A stretch of DNA of 64,000 nucleotides from Pseudobdellovibrionaceae bacterium (GCA_043720615.1 JAYSSI010000034.1:10833-74832); one strand, 5' to 3'. Counted from the stretch's first letter, positions 8,136 to 18,203 are shown. Numbers and translations: made by a program. Notes: generated by a model not told the origin, from the sequence alone.

Positions 8136-8606
8136 ATGAAAAAGTTATTATCCCTAGCCGCTTATCTTATCGCAGCAAGTGCCATTGCAAGCCCTATTCA
8201 ATCAAAAAACATAAAAGTAAATCCTGCGCGCATCACTGATCGCGTGGTCCTTGCAAATGTCGAAGGCAACAATGGCGTCCTGGTTCAGATCATTGCGGAA
8301 CAGCTTGGCGGCTCAACAGATGTATCGAACACTCATAGAATTATCCTAGCCATCTCACAAATTGGTGAAATGACTGAAAAAGAGGCGAGCTTCGAAATTG
8401 GTAAATCCATGGGCCTCACTTCAGCACGGCGTCTCTCAGGTGGCGTATACCAGATAAAGTATGAGGATGCGGATTCAGAAGTCACAAGTTCCGAAATGGA
8501 AGTGACTAAAACTATAGATGCACGTGATGCTGTTAACCTTGTGAAGAATGCTCCTTGCTCTGAGTTTGCCGTTTGTAAAATCCGCTCAGCAATATTGGTG
8601 CGCTAA
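8136..8606 (+). CDS. Secreted hypothetical protein
   Basis: Signal peptide MKKLLSLAAYLIAASAIASP, with GGAG upstream of the ATG. No domain recognised. Confidence 0.55.
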   Translation: MKKLLSLAAYLIAASAIASPIQSKNIKVNPARITDRVVLANVEGNNGVLVQIIAEQLGGSTDVSNTHRIILAISQIGEMTEKEASFEIGKSMGLTSARRLSGGVYQIKYEDADSEVTSSEMEVTKTIDARDAVNLVKNAPCSEFAVCKIRSAILVR

Positions 8607-8821
8607 AATATTTAACTTAAATCGATGAGAACAAATTTGGCGATGGTTACCCGTGTCCGTCATACTTTACACTGTTGAGGGCTCTTAGGAGTGATCTCAA
8701 TAAAAACAAGAATAATTTTCAAATTTTTAAAAGAACTATATCCACAATTAGCTATGTGCTATTAACTGAACAGATTCGCGTGCCAAAGAATAAACTGAAA
8801 ATTACAAACGATAGGAATTTT

Positions 8822-9313
8822 ATGAAGAATTTAATTTTAGCAATGGTAGTAATGATAGCAAATAAGTCCTATGCCGCAGATAAGTTAGCGAAAAGTGTCA
8901 CTTGCGAAGTCAATGCAACAATAGCGGCGGAAAAAATTCCAGAGTCAGGAAGATCGATGAGTGATTTATTAATTAATTCCACAAAAGAAAATTTAGTCAC
9001 TTTTGAAGTCGGTTGTGAGCTTTTAAACAAGCCTGATGGGCGATGTTCAGGCTCTAGCAAAGGTAAGCAACTTGAAGTGGCTTACAGATATAATGCAAAA
9101 TCTGAACGGGGAACTGTTGCAATTTATGACGACGTCACAGGTCTTAGTGCTGACACGGCTTGGATTAAAGAAGACGGAGTGAATACTAATTATGAAAATA
9201 AAATACTTATTGGTGGAATGAGAACGGTAGCTCTCCTACAAAGTAAAAAAGGTGGATTATTAGGTCGAAATGAAGTTTTTTCTATGGAAGTCATTTGTAG
9301 TCCGAATTATTAA
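8822..9313 (+). CDS. Secreted hypothetical protein with several Cys residues
   Basis: The internal Met at 8822 gives the signal peptide MKNLILAMVVMIANKSYAA. The upstream extension in the track looks non-coding. Confidence 0.5.
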   Translation: MKNLILAMVVMIANKSYAADKLAKSVTCEVNATIAAEKIPESGRSMSDLLINSTKENLVTFEVGCELLNKPDGRCSGSSKGKQLEVAYRYNAKSERGTVAIYDDVTGLSADTAWIKEDGVNTNYENKILIGGMRTVALLQSKKGGLLGRNEVFSMEVICSPNY

Positions 9314-9402
9314 TTAATAAATTGAGAACTGTATCTTCATTAAGCAGCACTAGATAATTGATGGATGACACTTAATTGTCTAGTGTGAATTTTAATAAGT
9401 AC

Positions 9403-9417
9403 TAAGAATAATTCTTA
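9403..9417 (+). promoter_or_regulatory. Perfect 15-bp palindrome TAAGAATAATTCTTA, 11 nt upstream of the protease-paralogue start
   Basis: Read directly at 9403..9417. The ATG is at 9429. Confidence 0.3.
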
Positions 9418-9428
9418 AGAAAGACTTT

Positions 9429-10238
9429 ATGAAATTTCTTGTCATTGCCGCTTTAATTTCCATGTCAGTGTCTTCTTTTGCAAAATCTTCTGATTCCAGT
9501 CCCCATTATGAGTCCGTCGATCAGTGGAAAAAAACCACGATTCCGAATTCTGCAGATTTTTTAAACATGTTTTCAGAAGTTAAAACTGAGATTGATGGCT
9601 TAATTGGAAATCTCGAGCCCGCTCGTGTTAAACTTCTTCTAAATAGTTTATTTAAGTATTCACAATTCAATGCAAAAACAAAGCAGCTGACTCTAGGCTT
9701 GTACAATGGAAAAATATTAAGCTCCCAGGACCGCGTCACTTTGGCTCATGAGTACGGTCATGCCATATTTGAAAGATATTACCCTTGGAATGATGAATTT
9801 TACGATGGCGAGGTGAGGACTTCATTTCATGAACTCTTTGCTGATATCGTGGCGATCACTTATACCGAGAATCCAAAAGCACTGAGTAAACTTGTCTTGG
9901 TCAGTCCTGCGTTTATGAGTCGTGATTTTTCAATCGATGGGGCTCAACACTATAAAAATTGGTTTAAAAAATTTAATAATGAAGATCGAATTGTGGAATC
10001 ATATCCTATGATGAATCCCGTTCGCTGGGCTTTTTGGGATCTTGTAAAAGATAAAATTCATTCTGATAGTTATCGAAGAAAAATGATTCCCGTATTTTTT
10101 GAAGTGATTCAGCCCTATTTTATAGAAGCTCTTCAACAGTTGGAAAAGGAGCGAGAATCAATTCGCAGCAAAGAGATGATCGTGATTAACGAAAAAATTG
10201 TTGAAGGCCTTTACGAGAGCGACCTTAGAAATCCATAA
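9429..10238 (+). CDS. Secreted HExxH zinc metalloprotease-like protein (gluzincin-like), paralogue A
   Basis: Signal peptide MKFLVIAALISMSVSSFA. HEYGH lies in LAHEYGHAIFE, followed 24 aa later by SFHELFADIVA (compare the thermolysin NEAxSD third-ligand segment). It shares long conserved blocks with 13306..14133. Confidence 0.65.
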   Translation: MKFLVIAALISMSVSSFAKSSDSSPHYESVDQWKKTTIPNSADFLNMFSEVKTEIDGLIGNLEPARVKLLLNSLFKYSQFNAKTKQLTLGLYNGKILSSQDRVTLAHEYGHAIFERYYPWNDEFYDGEVRTSFHELFADIVAITYTENPKALSKLVLVSPAFMSRDFSIDGAQHYKNWFKKFNNEDRIVESYPMMNPVRWAFWDLVKDKIHSDSYRRKMIPVFFEVIQPYFIEALQQLEKERESIRSKEMIVINEKIVEGLYESDLRNP

Positions 10239-10399
10239 GTTTTCTAAAAAACTGGACAGCAATTCTATGACATTGAAAATGGATTTTAGAAGCCCTTGAC
10301 ATACTCCTTTTATCTGCATTAAGCAACATAAGTGCCAGGGCGAATCTCCCCAATGACTGTAGATCAGCAAAAGCCCATTAGTAATTTGTTATCGAAAAT

Positions 10400-10876
10400 T
10401 TGCTGACAATCTTTCAGAGCTTGCGATATGTACTTAGAATAGGTTTTGCTTTTGACTTTAAACTATCTTTCTTGTTGGCTTTGACTGTTTCGATGTTCAA
10501 ATCTGCTACAAAGGCATCAAACAATACAGCTTTAACTAGCATTGAATGTTTTGGAGATGGTCAATATCTTCAAACTCAGTTTCCTCAAAACCAAACGGGC
10601 CATTTTCAAGCTCCTTTTAAATTTGGAGACTCCAATTTATTTTCTGATCAAATTCAGATGATGGAAATAGACGTTATTATTTCCCCTGCCGGATCTTTTT
10701 CCTCTTTGATGGAAGTAAGAATTTATAAGGGGTATTATATCAAGAACGACTTAAGAATGAATTTTGATATCTCTCAAGAATTAAATGCCCAAGGTGCCTT
10801 GGTGAATAATTTAAAATATATCTTTGTCTTCAATCAACGCCCTTTAGGCACCTGTATTGTCACTCAAAGAAATTAA
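10400..10876 (+). CDS. Hypothetical, probably secreted protein
   Basis: ORF with a non-ATG start. It has a signal-like segment (KLSFLLALTVSMFKSATKA). The exact start is uncertain. Confidence 0.4.
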   Translation: MLTIFQSLRYVLRIGFAFDFKLSFLLALTVSMFKSATKASNNTALTSIECFGDGQYLQTQFPQNQTGHFQAPFKFGDSNLFSDQIQMMEIDVIISPAGSFSSLMEVRIYKGYYIKNDLRMNFDISQELNAQGALVNNLKYIFVFNQRPLGTCIVTQRN

Positions 10877-10878
10877 TT

Positions 10879-12414
10879 CTATTTTGAAACAAACCAACAG
10901 TGAGGTTGTTTTCGATTTAAAGCACCCGCTAAGATAGTATCGTAGCGGCATTGCAATGTTGGATACATTCGACCGACACTAAGGCCAGAGCCCTCTGAGG
11001 CATCCATATCCAGTTTTATAAAATCAGCAGTTTTGCCAAAGCGTGTGTAGATAGCCGAAATATAAGACATCAAATCGAAACCTGCTTTAATACTGCGCTG
11101 GCAAATTATTTGATCAAGGATTTTTGAATACTGACGCACACACAGATTTCTAATTTTTGGGGTAACCCCAAATACGGCAACAGAGGTCGATGTATTTTTG
11201 GAAAAAACTTTTTTCATACATCTCAATGAAGAAAAATAATCACTTTGCCCTTCTGAGGATGATGGTGTGGTTGAAACCCACTCCGGAGATGGCTTCAGCG
11301 TATTTTTAGAATATGGCTTTCCACCTAGGAGATGACCGACCTCATGGCAAAGCATGGCTATATAGGCATCCGGAGTCATGTCGGGGTCACGGTGCAAATC
11401 TACACCGGCTCCAATATGAGCTTGATCCTTATACAGTGAAACTCCAGCCGCCACATTGGGAAGCTCCTCATCTAAAACAAAATACAATGGAAGATTTCGC
11501 TCTAGCTTCACAATCGGTGCGTAGATGGAGATAAAATTGGCCACGACCTTGGAATAAATAAGATCTAAGTCATCTTTGATTTGAAGCTTTGAGATGGCTT
11601 CAAAAACTTCACCAATATTTTTATCTTGGTTTTCCCACTGCCAAACAGCATTGCGTAATTCGTGATATCCCAAAGCATTTAATTGCCCTGCTATAGAAAC
11701 AAAACGATTTGCAATAATATTAAAAAATAAATTTTCTGCAACCACCTCTGATTCGGGGACATTCATCAATTTGCGAGCAAGGACTTGCAATTCTCTGGCG
11801 ATTTCCAATTGTTTGATTTTTGTGAAATCGTTGGCACTAAGATAGTCTTGCAGTTTGAGTTCTATTTTTTCAAGCTGACGAAAAAAACTAAGAGTGTGCA
11901 TTCTGATATTTGATTTATTATTGCTTATAAATTTCTCTAAGGGATCACATCTGTAAAAATCAGTGCCAATGCGACAAGCTTTTCGATCAAATTGATTTTG
12001 TCGGCAAGCAGGATTTTGATCAAAATCATATTCCCCTAGCGCTGTCTGCAAATCAACTTTCTGGTAAGGGTCTGCTTTACTGTAGCCATATTTTTGAAAA
12101 ACCTGGCTGCTGCTCAATTGAACAAAAGCGTGCGAAATAATATTTTTTACTGCTAACGGGCCATTATCTATAATTAAGCCGATATCGTTAACATGTCGAT
12201 CTTCGCCGTTTGAAAGTCGACGACATAAAGGAGATTTAAGCATTGTTTGCATTTCACCATTTGAGGCATAACGATAATTTTTACTAAGACCGACTTTTAC
12301 CATGGCTGCATTTAAACAGTTAGGTCCATCGTAATATGGAAGAGGTATTTCGGCAGTGGCTACGTTTGAAAAATTCAAAACTACCAAAGTTATAATCAGT
12401 CTTAAAAAAGTCAT
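10879..12414 (-). CDS. Secreted Cys-rich protein with an HExxH motif (putative zinc peptidase)
   Basis: 511 aa with signal peptide MTFLRLIITLVVLNFSNVATA. CHEVGHLLGG has HExxHxxG but no third His where metzincins have one. There are many Cys residues. Confidence 0.55.
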   Translation of the reverse strand: MTFLRLIITLVVLNFSNVATAEIPLPYYDGPNCLNAAMVKVGLSKNYRYASNGEMQTMLKSPLCRRLSNGEDRHVNDIGLIIDNGPLAVKNIISHAFVQLSSSQVFQKYGYSKADPYQKVDLQTALGEYDFDQNPACRQNQFDRKACRIGTDFYRCDPLEKFISNNKSNIRMHTLSFFRQLEKIELKLQDYLSANDFTKIKQLEIARELQVLARKLMNVPESEVVAENLFFNIIANRFVSIAGQLNALGYHELRNAVWQWENQDKNIGEVFEAISKLQIKDDLDLIYSKVVANFISIYAPIVKLERNLPLYFVLDEELPNVAAGVSLYKDQAHIGAGVDLHRDPDMTPDAYIAMLCHEVGHLLGGKPYSKNTLKPSPEWVSTTPSSSEGQSDYFSSLRCMKKVFSKNTSTSVAVFGVTPKIRNLCVRQYSKILDQIICQRSIKAGFDLMSYISAIYTRFGKTADFIKLDMDASEGSGLSVGRMYPTLQCRYDTILAGALNRKQPHCWFVSK

Positions 12415-12601
12415 ATCTGTGTCCCCGCATGCAAAGCGGGATTATAACACAGTGACGTTTAATACTTTTAATCTTTAATATTCTTTGTAAGCCTTTTAAA
12501 AGTGTCTAGTTTCTGTACGATTCTGAAGTATATTAATATCTGAGCGATCTCTCCTTAAGAATATATTGTATTTAAAAAAAATCTTATATTTTACAGACGA
12601 G

Positions 12602-13069
12602 TTATTTTAAATTGATATTGCAGTTTTGAAGTTGAGATATATGGAGAACTTCAGATCGTCTAAAAATAGAGACTCTAATGCCGAAGAAATCCCCGAAATG
12701 AACTTCAGCAATGCCATTAGGATAGAGATGTTGAATCTCAACATCCTTTCCTGCTCGGCCACCGGGAGTGTTCACTTTGAGGCAAACAACGTCTTTGCGT
12801 TGAAATCCACCATAAGTAGAAACCTCTTTAAGAGTCGAAGATTCGGGAATAAAATAAAAATCCGTATGGAAAGTATTTTCATTATAAGTTGTAACATGAA
12901 CTCGAAGCGCTCCATTGGAGCTGATTTCATGCACCGGGGAAGAAACAGGTATGGGCTTTAGAGAGGCATCACGACTGATATAAAATAAAACGTTTTCAGC
13001 GTATGCCATGCTAGCCGATAATAAAATCAATGCTGTTAATCCAATATTAAAGCGATGGAATACATTCAT
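12602..13069 (-). CDS. Secreted hypothetical protein
   Basis: 155 aa with signal peptide MNVFHRFNIGLTALILLSASMAYA. Co-oriented and upstream of 10879..12414. Confidence 0.5.
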   Translation of the reverse strand: MNVFHRFNIGLTALILLSASMAYAENVLFYISRDASLKPIPVSSPVHEISSNGALRVHVTTYNENTFHTDFYFIPESSTLKEVSTYGGFQRKDVVCLKVNTPGGRAGKDVEIQHLYPNGIAEVHFGDFFGIRVSIFRRSEVLHISQLQNCNINLK

Positions 13070-13305
13070 AATTGCCTCATTGCGACGAAAGGTTAATAGT
13101 ACAGAATCATCTATTACATATACTATGCCGGAACTCTCTGCGGTTTACTTGGCTCTGGAGCTTATGCATATGGTATGGATTGGACATTTTTGTCATTTTT
13201 TGTCACTTTTTTACTGTGTCTAGTTTCACTGTGTTTACTTATTAGTCAGAATTTTACACCCTTACTCAGCAGACGCTTTCTAGAGTTGGCATTAGTCTAG
13301 CAAGT

Positions 13306-14133
13306 ATGGGACGTATGAATAAACTTTTACTCATAGCTTTAATTTTATTGAGCCAAAATGCTTTCTCACAGTCTCTGTGTACAGACTTAATTACAGCACC
13401 TGTCATACATGCTGGTCGAAGTTCTGCATTCACCAATGCTTTTGCAAAAGTGAAAAATGAGGTCGACACTCTCATTGGCCCCTTAGCACCTGCAGAAGTA
13501 TCAGTTAAAAGAAGTCTCTATTTTTGGGATTCTCAATTCAATTTAGAAACCTTTGAGATTGTCATTGGAATGCAGCACAAAGTCAGAGACTTATTTTTAC
13601 CTCAATCTTTGGATCATGTCACGATGGCCCATGAGTATGGGCATGCTCTATTAGAAAAAAATATTCCTATTGCTGTGGAATACGATCAGTCTATTAGATC
13701 ATCATTTCACGAACTATTTGCAGATGTCGTTGCCATAACCTACACCCGCAATCCTCGATCATTAAGAGATTTAACCCAAAAATTTCACCCTAACTATGAT
13801 AATCATATGGGACGTAATTTTGAAGTCGACACATCTTTACATTATAAAGATTGGAAATCTAAAGTGACAGAAACTATTGGAATTAAAAATCCCTACGAAA
13901 TGATGAATCCTGTTAAATGGGCTTTGTGGGATATTGTAAAAAATAAAATACATTCCGACTCTTACAGAAAAAAGATAATTCCACTGTTTTTAAAAGCCTT
14001 GAAACCTTATTTTGTGAAATGGACCGAAAGATCTAGAGATTATCCAGATACTATTGATACAACAGAAATGGTTCAGGTAAATCAACAAATCATCAAAGCG
14101 CTTTATAAAAGTGATTTAATGAACCCTATTTAA
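13306..14133 (+). CDS. Secreted HExxH zinc metalloprotease-like protein (gluzincin-like), paralogue B
   Basis: Signal peptide (MNKLLLIALILLSQNAFS), MAHEYGHALLE and SFHELFADVVAITYTRNP. The block MMNPVKWALWDIVKNKIHSDSYRKKIIPLF mirrors MMNPVRWAFWDLVKDKIHSDSYRRKMIPVF in paralogue A. Confidence 0.65.
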   Translation: MGRMNKLLLIALILLSQNAFSQSLCTDLITAPVIHAGRSSAFTNAFAKVKNEVDTLIGPLAPAEVSVKRSLYFWDSQFNLETFEIVIGMQHKVRDLFLPQSLDHVTMAHEYGHALLEKNIPIAVEYDQSIRSSFHELFADVVAITYTRNPRSLRDLTQKFHPNYDNHMGRNFEVDTSLHYKDWKSKVTETIGIKNPYEMMNPVKWALWDIVKNKIHSDSYRKKIIPLFLKALKPYFVKWTERSRDYPDTIDTTEMVQVNQQIIKALYKSDLMNPI

Positions 14134-14159
14134 ACGTCTTTTCATTACTGAGGTCTGCT

Positions 14160-15404
14160 TTGAAGTTCGAAAAATTTCACTTATCAGAAGATTTACTGCG
14201 AAACCTTAACGATATGGGATTCTTTCGCACGACGGACATCCAATTCAAAGCCATTCCTTCCATTATGAAAGGCGAAGATGTCCTAGCCATTGCACAGACT
14301 GGAACTGGTAAGACCGCCGCTTTTGCAATCCCCATTATTAACGGAATTCATACCAACAAATCCAGTAAGCGTGTCCTTGGAATAAAGTGTTTGGTGATGG
14401 TGCCTACTCGTGAATTAGCTCAGCAGATAGGGGAAGTTTTTAACTCACTTGCCAAGCATACTAAGGTCAAGGCCTTTGCTCTTTTTGGTGGAATTGAGCA
14501 GGATCCTCAGATTAAAAGACTTCAAGATGGAATTGATATTTTAATAACTACGCCTGGCCGCATGTTTGATCTTATTCGCCAAGAATTTATCAACTTAAAT
14601 TATATTGAAACTTTAGTTTTAGATGAAGCCGATAGAATGCTGGATCTAGGATTTATTAATGACGTTCAAGCCATTAAAAAGAAACTGACACGTCGTCATC
14701 AAACTTTATTTTTTTCTGCGACAATCAATCCTGAAATTAAAAAACTGGCTTACTCTCAAGTGAGCAGCAATGCCATTCGCATCCAGATTTCACCAGAAGA
14801 TCCTGTTTCGAAAAATATTTCGCATTTTGTGATGTTTGTAGAAATGGAAGATAAGCGATTTTTCCTAAGTAGTTATATCCAACAAAACAGTGAAGCAAAA
14901 TTTATCATCTTCGTTCGCACCCGTGTTCGCACTGAGCGTGTGGCTAAAGCCCTCCATCGTGTTGATATTCAGTCCTTAACCATTCATGGAGAAAAAGACC
15001 AGCTAGACCGAATTGAAGTGATGAAATCATTCCGCAGCGGAGCTTGTAAAATTTTAATTGCGACTGATCTCAGTGCGCGCGGGATTGATATCTCTGATGT
15101 CACACATGTGATCAATTATGATCTTCCCGAAAAATCAGAAAACTATGTTCACAGAATTGGCCGCACAGGACGTGGTTTTAATACAGGCATTGCGGTTACT
15201 TTTTGCAGCCAAGAAGAAAAGCCTTTGCTTGAAGAAATACAAACTCTGATTGGCAAAAAGATTGAAGTTATCAACGTCAGCAAAAAAGACTACAAGATGT
15301 TGATAGAACCACCTGAACAGGCCGTCGATTTAGACTTAGAACTGAGTGAGCTTATTGCTATTGAAGAAAAACGCTATGAAAAACCGAAGCGTAGGAAAAA
15401 GTAA
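14160..15404 (+). CDS. DEAD-box ATP-dependent RNA helicase (RhlE-like)
   Basis: Q-motif region, AQTGTGKT, DEAD (VLDEADRMLD), SAT, HRIGRTGR and a basic C-terminal tail. TTG start. Confidence 0.9.
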   Translation: MKFEKFHLSEDLLRNLNDMGFFRTTDIQFKAIPSIMKGEDVLAIAQTGTGKTAAFAIPIINGIHTNKSSKRVLGIKCLVMVPTRELAQQIGEVFNSLAKHTKVKAFALFGGIEQDPQIKRLQDGIDILITTPGRMFDLIRQEFINLNYIETLVLDEADRMLDLGFINDVQAIKKKLTRRHQTLFFSATINPEIKKLAYSQVSSNAIRIQISPEDPVSKNISHFVMFVEMEDKRFFLSSYIQQNSEAKFIIFVRTRVRTERVAKALHRVDIQSLTIHGEKDQLDRIEVMKSFRSGACKILIATDLSARGIDISDVTHVINYDLPEKSENYVHRIGRTGRGFNTGIAVTFCSQEEKPLLEEIQTLIGKKIEVINVSKKDYKMLIEPPEQAVDLDLELSELIAIEEKRYEKPKRRKK

Positions 15405-15449
15405 GCTTATTTTGCATTTCCATATAGTTCATAGTACTGTGAACACTCG

Positions 15450-16730
15450 ATGAAAAAAAATGTTTTAATCCTATTTTTTAATTTAATCTTTGCACTTAAA
15501 TCACAAGCTAACGTTGTGAGTACGGGCAATCAAAATTTTAATCCCACACCAAACGGTTTAGATTTTTTGACAGTGCATAGTTCAGAAACACTTAAGCCAG
15601 GGATTATAAATATTGGTTTGTTTTTAAATAACGCTATTAATAGCTTACCATACTATGAAGCTAGTAATCAGGATCGAACAAACTTTAATGACAGTCTTTT
15701 GGGTCTGGATATAAATATTGGCGTTGGCATCACCGATGATTTTGAATTGGGATTAAGTCATCCTTTCGTCCTTGCGCAAACTGTGACTTCGAATCAACCT
15801 CACTCAGAATTTGAAACAAAGGGCGGCACGGAAGTCCGTCTGATGGGAAAATATAGATTTTCTGGAGATGATCAAGGCGGCTGGGCCGGAATTTTTTCAA
15901 CAAATTTTAATCGGGTGATTAATAATCCTTATATTGGTGTCGATGGTGGACTTATCTACAATTTAGAAATTGCCTGGGACGCCACGATCAAAAATTCAGC
16001 TTGGGGCATTAACTTCGGTTACCGAAAAACTAGTCCTGGAAATGCACTTCCTGGCGTTCCGGTTGAGCCTCTTGCTGATCAGGTCATTGCCAGCACAGCG
16101 ATCAGTCATCATTTACCTAAATATGACTTAAAGTTAATTGGTGAAATCTTTGGAAGTTGGCCAGCTCAAAAAAAGGCCACAAATCAAGATCGAGTGGGCT
16201 CATCCATAGAAGCCATTGCAGGGTTAAAATATGATATGAGTACTAAGCTTGCCTTTCATGCTGGCGGAGGCACGGAACTTCAGCATGGAGTTTCCTCGCC
16301 TGATTGGCGTGTTTACGGGGGGCTTAATTATGTCTTCGGTCCTGTTTTTTCTAAAAACTTAATGTCCTTTAGAAGCACAAAAGAACTTCGCAGGTTTCGT
16401 TTAGAAAATTTAAATTTTGAATTTGACTCTGATGTCCTTTCTGAATCTTCAGAAAAATCCCTCAGCGAAGTCGCAGATAAAATTCGCTCCTTAGGATTTT
16501 TTAAAGAACTCATTATCGAAGGCCATACGGATTCCTTGGGTAGTGAATCTTATAATAAAGCCTTAAGTTTAAAACGCGCTTACGTTATGCGGAACTATTT
16601 AATAAAAAAAGGTTTCTCAGGCGATAAAATTAAAGCCCTTGGCTATGGTGAATTAAAACCCATCTCTGATAATGGAAATTTTCAAGGTCGAGAGCAAAAT
16701 CGACGAGTCGAATTTGAAGTCTTTAAGTAA
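15450..16730 (+). CDS. Outer-membrane protein with a C-terminal OmpA-like domain
   Basis: Signal peptide and a beta-rich N-terminal body. The C-terminus reads FEFDSDVL...IIEGHTDSLGSESYNKALSLKRA...GYGELKPISDN...QNRRVEFEV. Confidence 0.8.
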   Translation: MKKNVLILFFNLIFALKSQANVVSTGNQNFNPTPNGLDFLTVHSSETLKPGIINIGLFLNNAINSLPYYEASNQDRTNFNDSLLGLDINIGVGITDDFELGLSHPFVLAQTVTSNQPHSEFETKGGTEVRLMGKYRFSGDDQGGWAGIFSTNFNRVINNPYIGVDGGLIYNLEIAWDATIKNSAWGINFGYRKTSPGNALPGVPVEPLADQVIASTAISHHLPKYDLKLIGEIFGSWPAQKKATNQDRVGSSIEAIAGLKYDMSTKLAFHAGGGTELQHGVSSPDWRVYGGLNYVFGPVFSKNLMSFRSTKELRRFRLENLNFEFDSDVLSESSEKSLSEVADKIRSLGFFKELIIEGHTDSLGSESYNKALSLKRAYVMRNYLIKKGFSGDKIKALGYGELKPISDNGNFQGREQNRRVEFEVFK

Positions 16731-17036
16731 TATTTAAGCTTATCTAAGAAGTACGAATGCGAAAAATTATTTTCTTACCGGTTTTAATATTGTTAGCAAC
16801 CAACACATTTACAAAATCTCATATTGCTGGTTTTGACTGAAAACCAACTAACTATAAAGAAAATAAGAGAACCTCACAAACCAACCTCCCAAAAGCCAAT
16901 AATTGGAAATGAATCGAAGGTGACTCTGATACCTCAATTTTAGAAAGCCCTGCTTTTGTCTCAATCTGAGAAGAAGTGATGGCAATATTAATTTATTTTT
17001 TACTTATTTTTACCGATAGTATCCTAAGAGGTTATT

Positions 17037-18203
17037 ATGGATACTTTTTTAAATGCCATAGATACAAAATTAGATCTCGTTCTGCAAAAGATTGTGAGCG
17101 AAGCCACTCAGATCTCTGGTTTTCCAATTTCATTAGTGTCTTTAGTGATGGCTGATATTCAATTTTTTAAAGCACACATTGGTTTACCTCCCGATTTAGC
17201 GATTTCTCGGGCCACAGATCGCTGCTCTTCCTTGTGTCAGTTTGTGGTTGAAACCAAAAAACCATTTTTTATTGAAGATGCCTCCAATCATCCCGAACTC
17301 CCCCAGGAACTTTTAAAGCTTTATAATATTGTGTCTTACTTCGGTTTCCCAGTCTCAGTTTCTGGCGTCGTTGTGGGAAGTCTTTGTTTAATTGATATAA
17401 AGAAAAACTCTCTTCAAGAAAGTATTATTCCGCGCATGACAGAACTTGCACAGCAGGTCGGTCAACATTTGCAAAATTTAAAAAAAGGTCATATCAGTGA
17501 AATGCTTTTATTGGAAAAAGCTTCGGCTCCAGCCATGAGTGAAATTCGAAATATTTTAAGCACTTTAAAACAGACAACAGAGCAAGCAACTTATTCCTCA
17601 CATCAAATAAATCCAATTTTTTTTCTTCTTGAGCAGCACTCCCGTAAAAAACTCAGTACAGAAGAGTTTTTCCGAGCGATGGAAGCGCTTCAGGAAACGA
17701 TTAAAACCTATCGAAAAATTCCGCTCTTGCTTCAATCCATTGAAAAATCAGTCACACGAGTTGCAAGTGCCATTGCCGGTCTCGAGGGCGCCCTTAGTTT
17801 AAAGGCTGGACCCATCAATTGTAAAATGGTCGATATCCTAAGTCGAAGTGAAAATCTGTCGCACTACATAACTAAATTAATAGGCGGCGTCTCCTGGACT
17901 CCGCTCACAGAAAAATATAAGCTCGATGTCCCACAACATTTTGCAATATCGCTTTTAAGCTCAGTGCTGACTTCGATTGCAGAAAGCTCTTTGCGATTAA
18001 ATTTAGAAAAAAATGGAATTCAGGGACGAGCTCTTAGGCTCGAAAATGGCCAGGTTCGAATCCAGCTGATGGTTCAGAAAATGCCCCCTAATGAATGGAC
18101 TACCCTCCAATCCATTCTCTCAATTCTTGCTAGTGGTTCTGAATCCGTCAGTCTTGAAGCTAACGATGAAGGTTTAGCGATTGATTGGCAAAGCGCCAGT
18201 TAG
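17037..18203 (+). CDS. GAF-domain signalling protein with an uncharacterised C-terminal half
   Basis: The N-terminal ~150 aa read ...ISGFPISLVSLVMADIQFFKAHIGL...CQFVVETKKPFFIEDASNHPEL...YFGFPVSVSGVVVGSLCLID, a typical GAF pattern. I see no H-box or N/G boxes in the C-terminal part. Confidence 0.6.
   Translation: MDTFLNAIDTKLDLVLQKIVSEATQISGFPISLVSLVMADIQFFKAHIGLPPDLAISRATDRCSSLCQFVVETKKPFFIEDASNHPELPQELLKLYNIVSYFGFPVSVSGVVVGSLCLIDIKKNSLQESIIPRMTELAQQVGQHLQNLKKGHISEMLLLEKASAPAMSEIRNILSTLKQTTEQATYSSHQINPIFFLLEQHSRKKLSTEEFFRAMEALQETIKTYRKIPLLLQSIEKSVTRVASAIAGLEGALSLKAGPINCKMVDILSRSENLSHYITKLIGGVSWTPLTEKYKLDVPQHFAISLLSSVLTSIAESSLRLNLEKNGIQGRALRLENGQVRIQLMVQKMPPNEWTTLQSILSILASGSESVSLEANDEGLAIDWQSAS

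Noticed and set aside
12421-12441. Hairpin next to the start codon of the 511-aa HExxH gene, considered as possible SD sequestration.
   Set aside because: On recount the stem is only 5 bp (CCCGC/GCGGG) with a 7-nt loop, which is too weak to support a regulatory claim.
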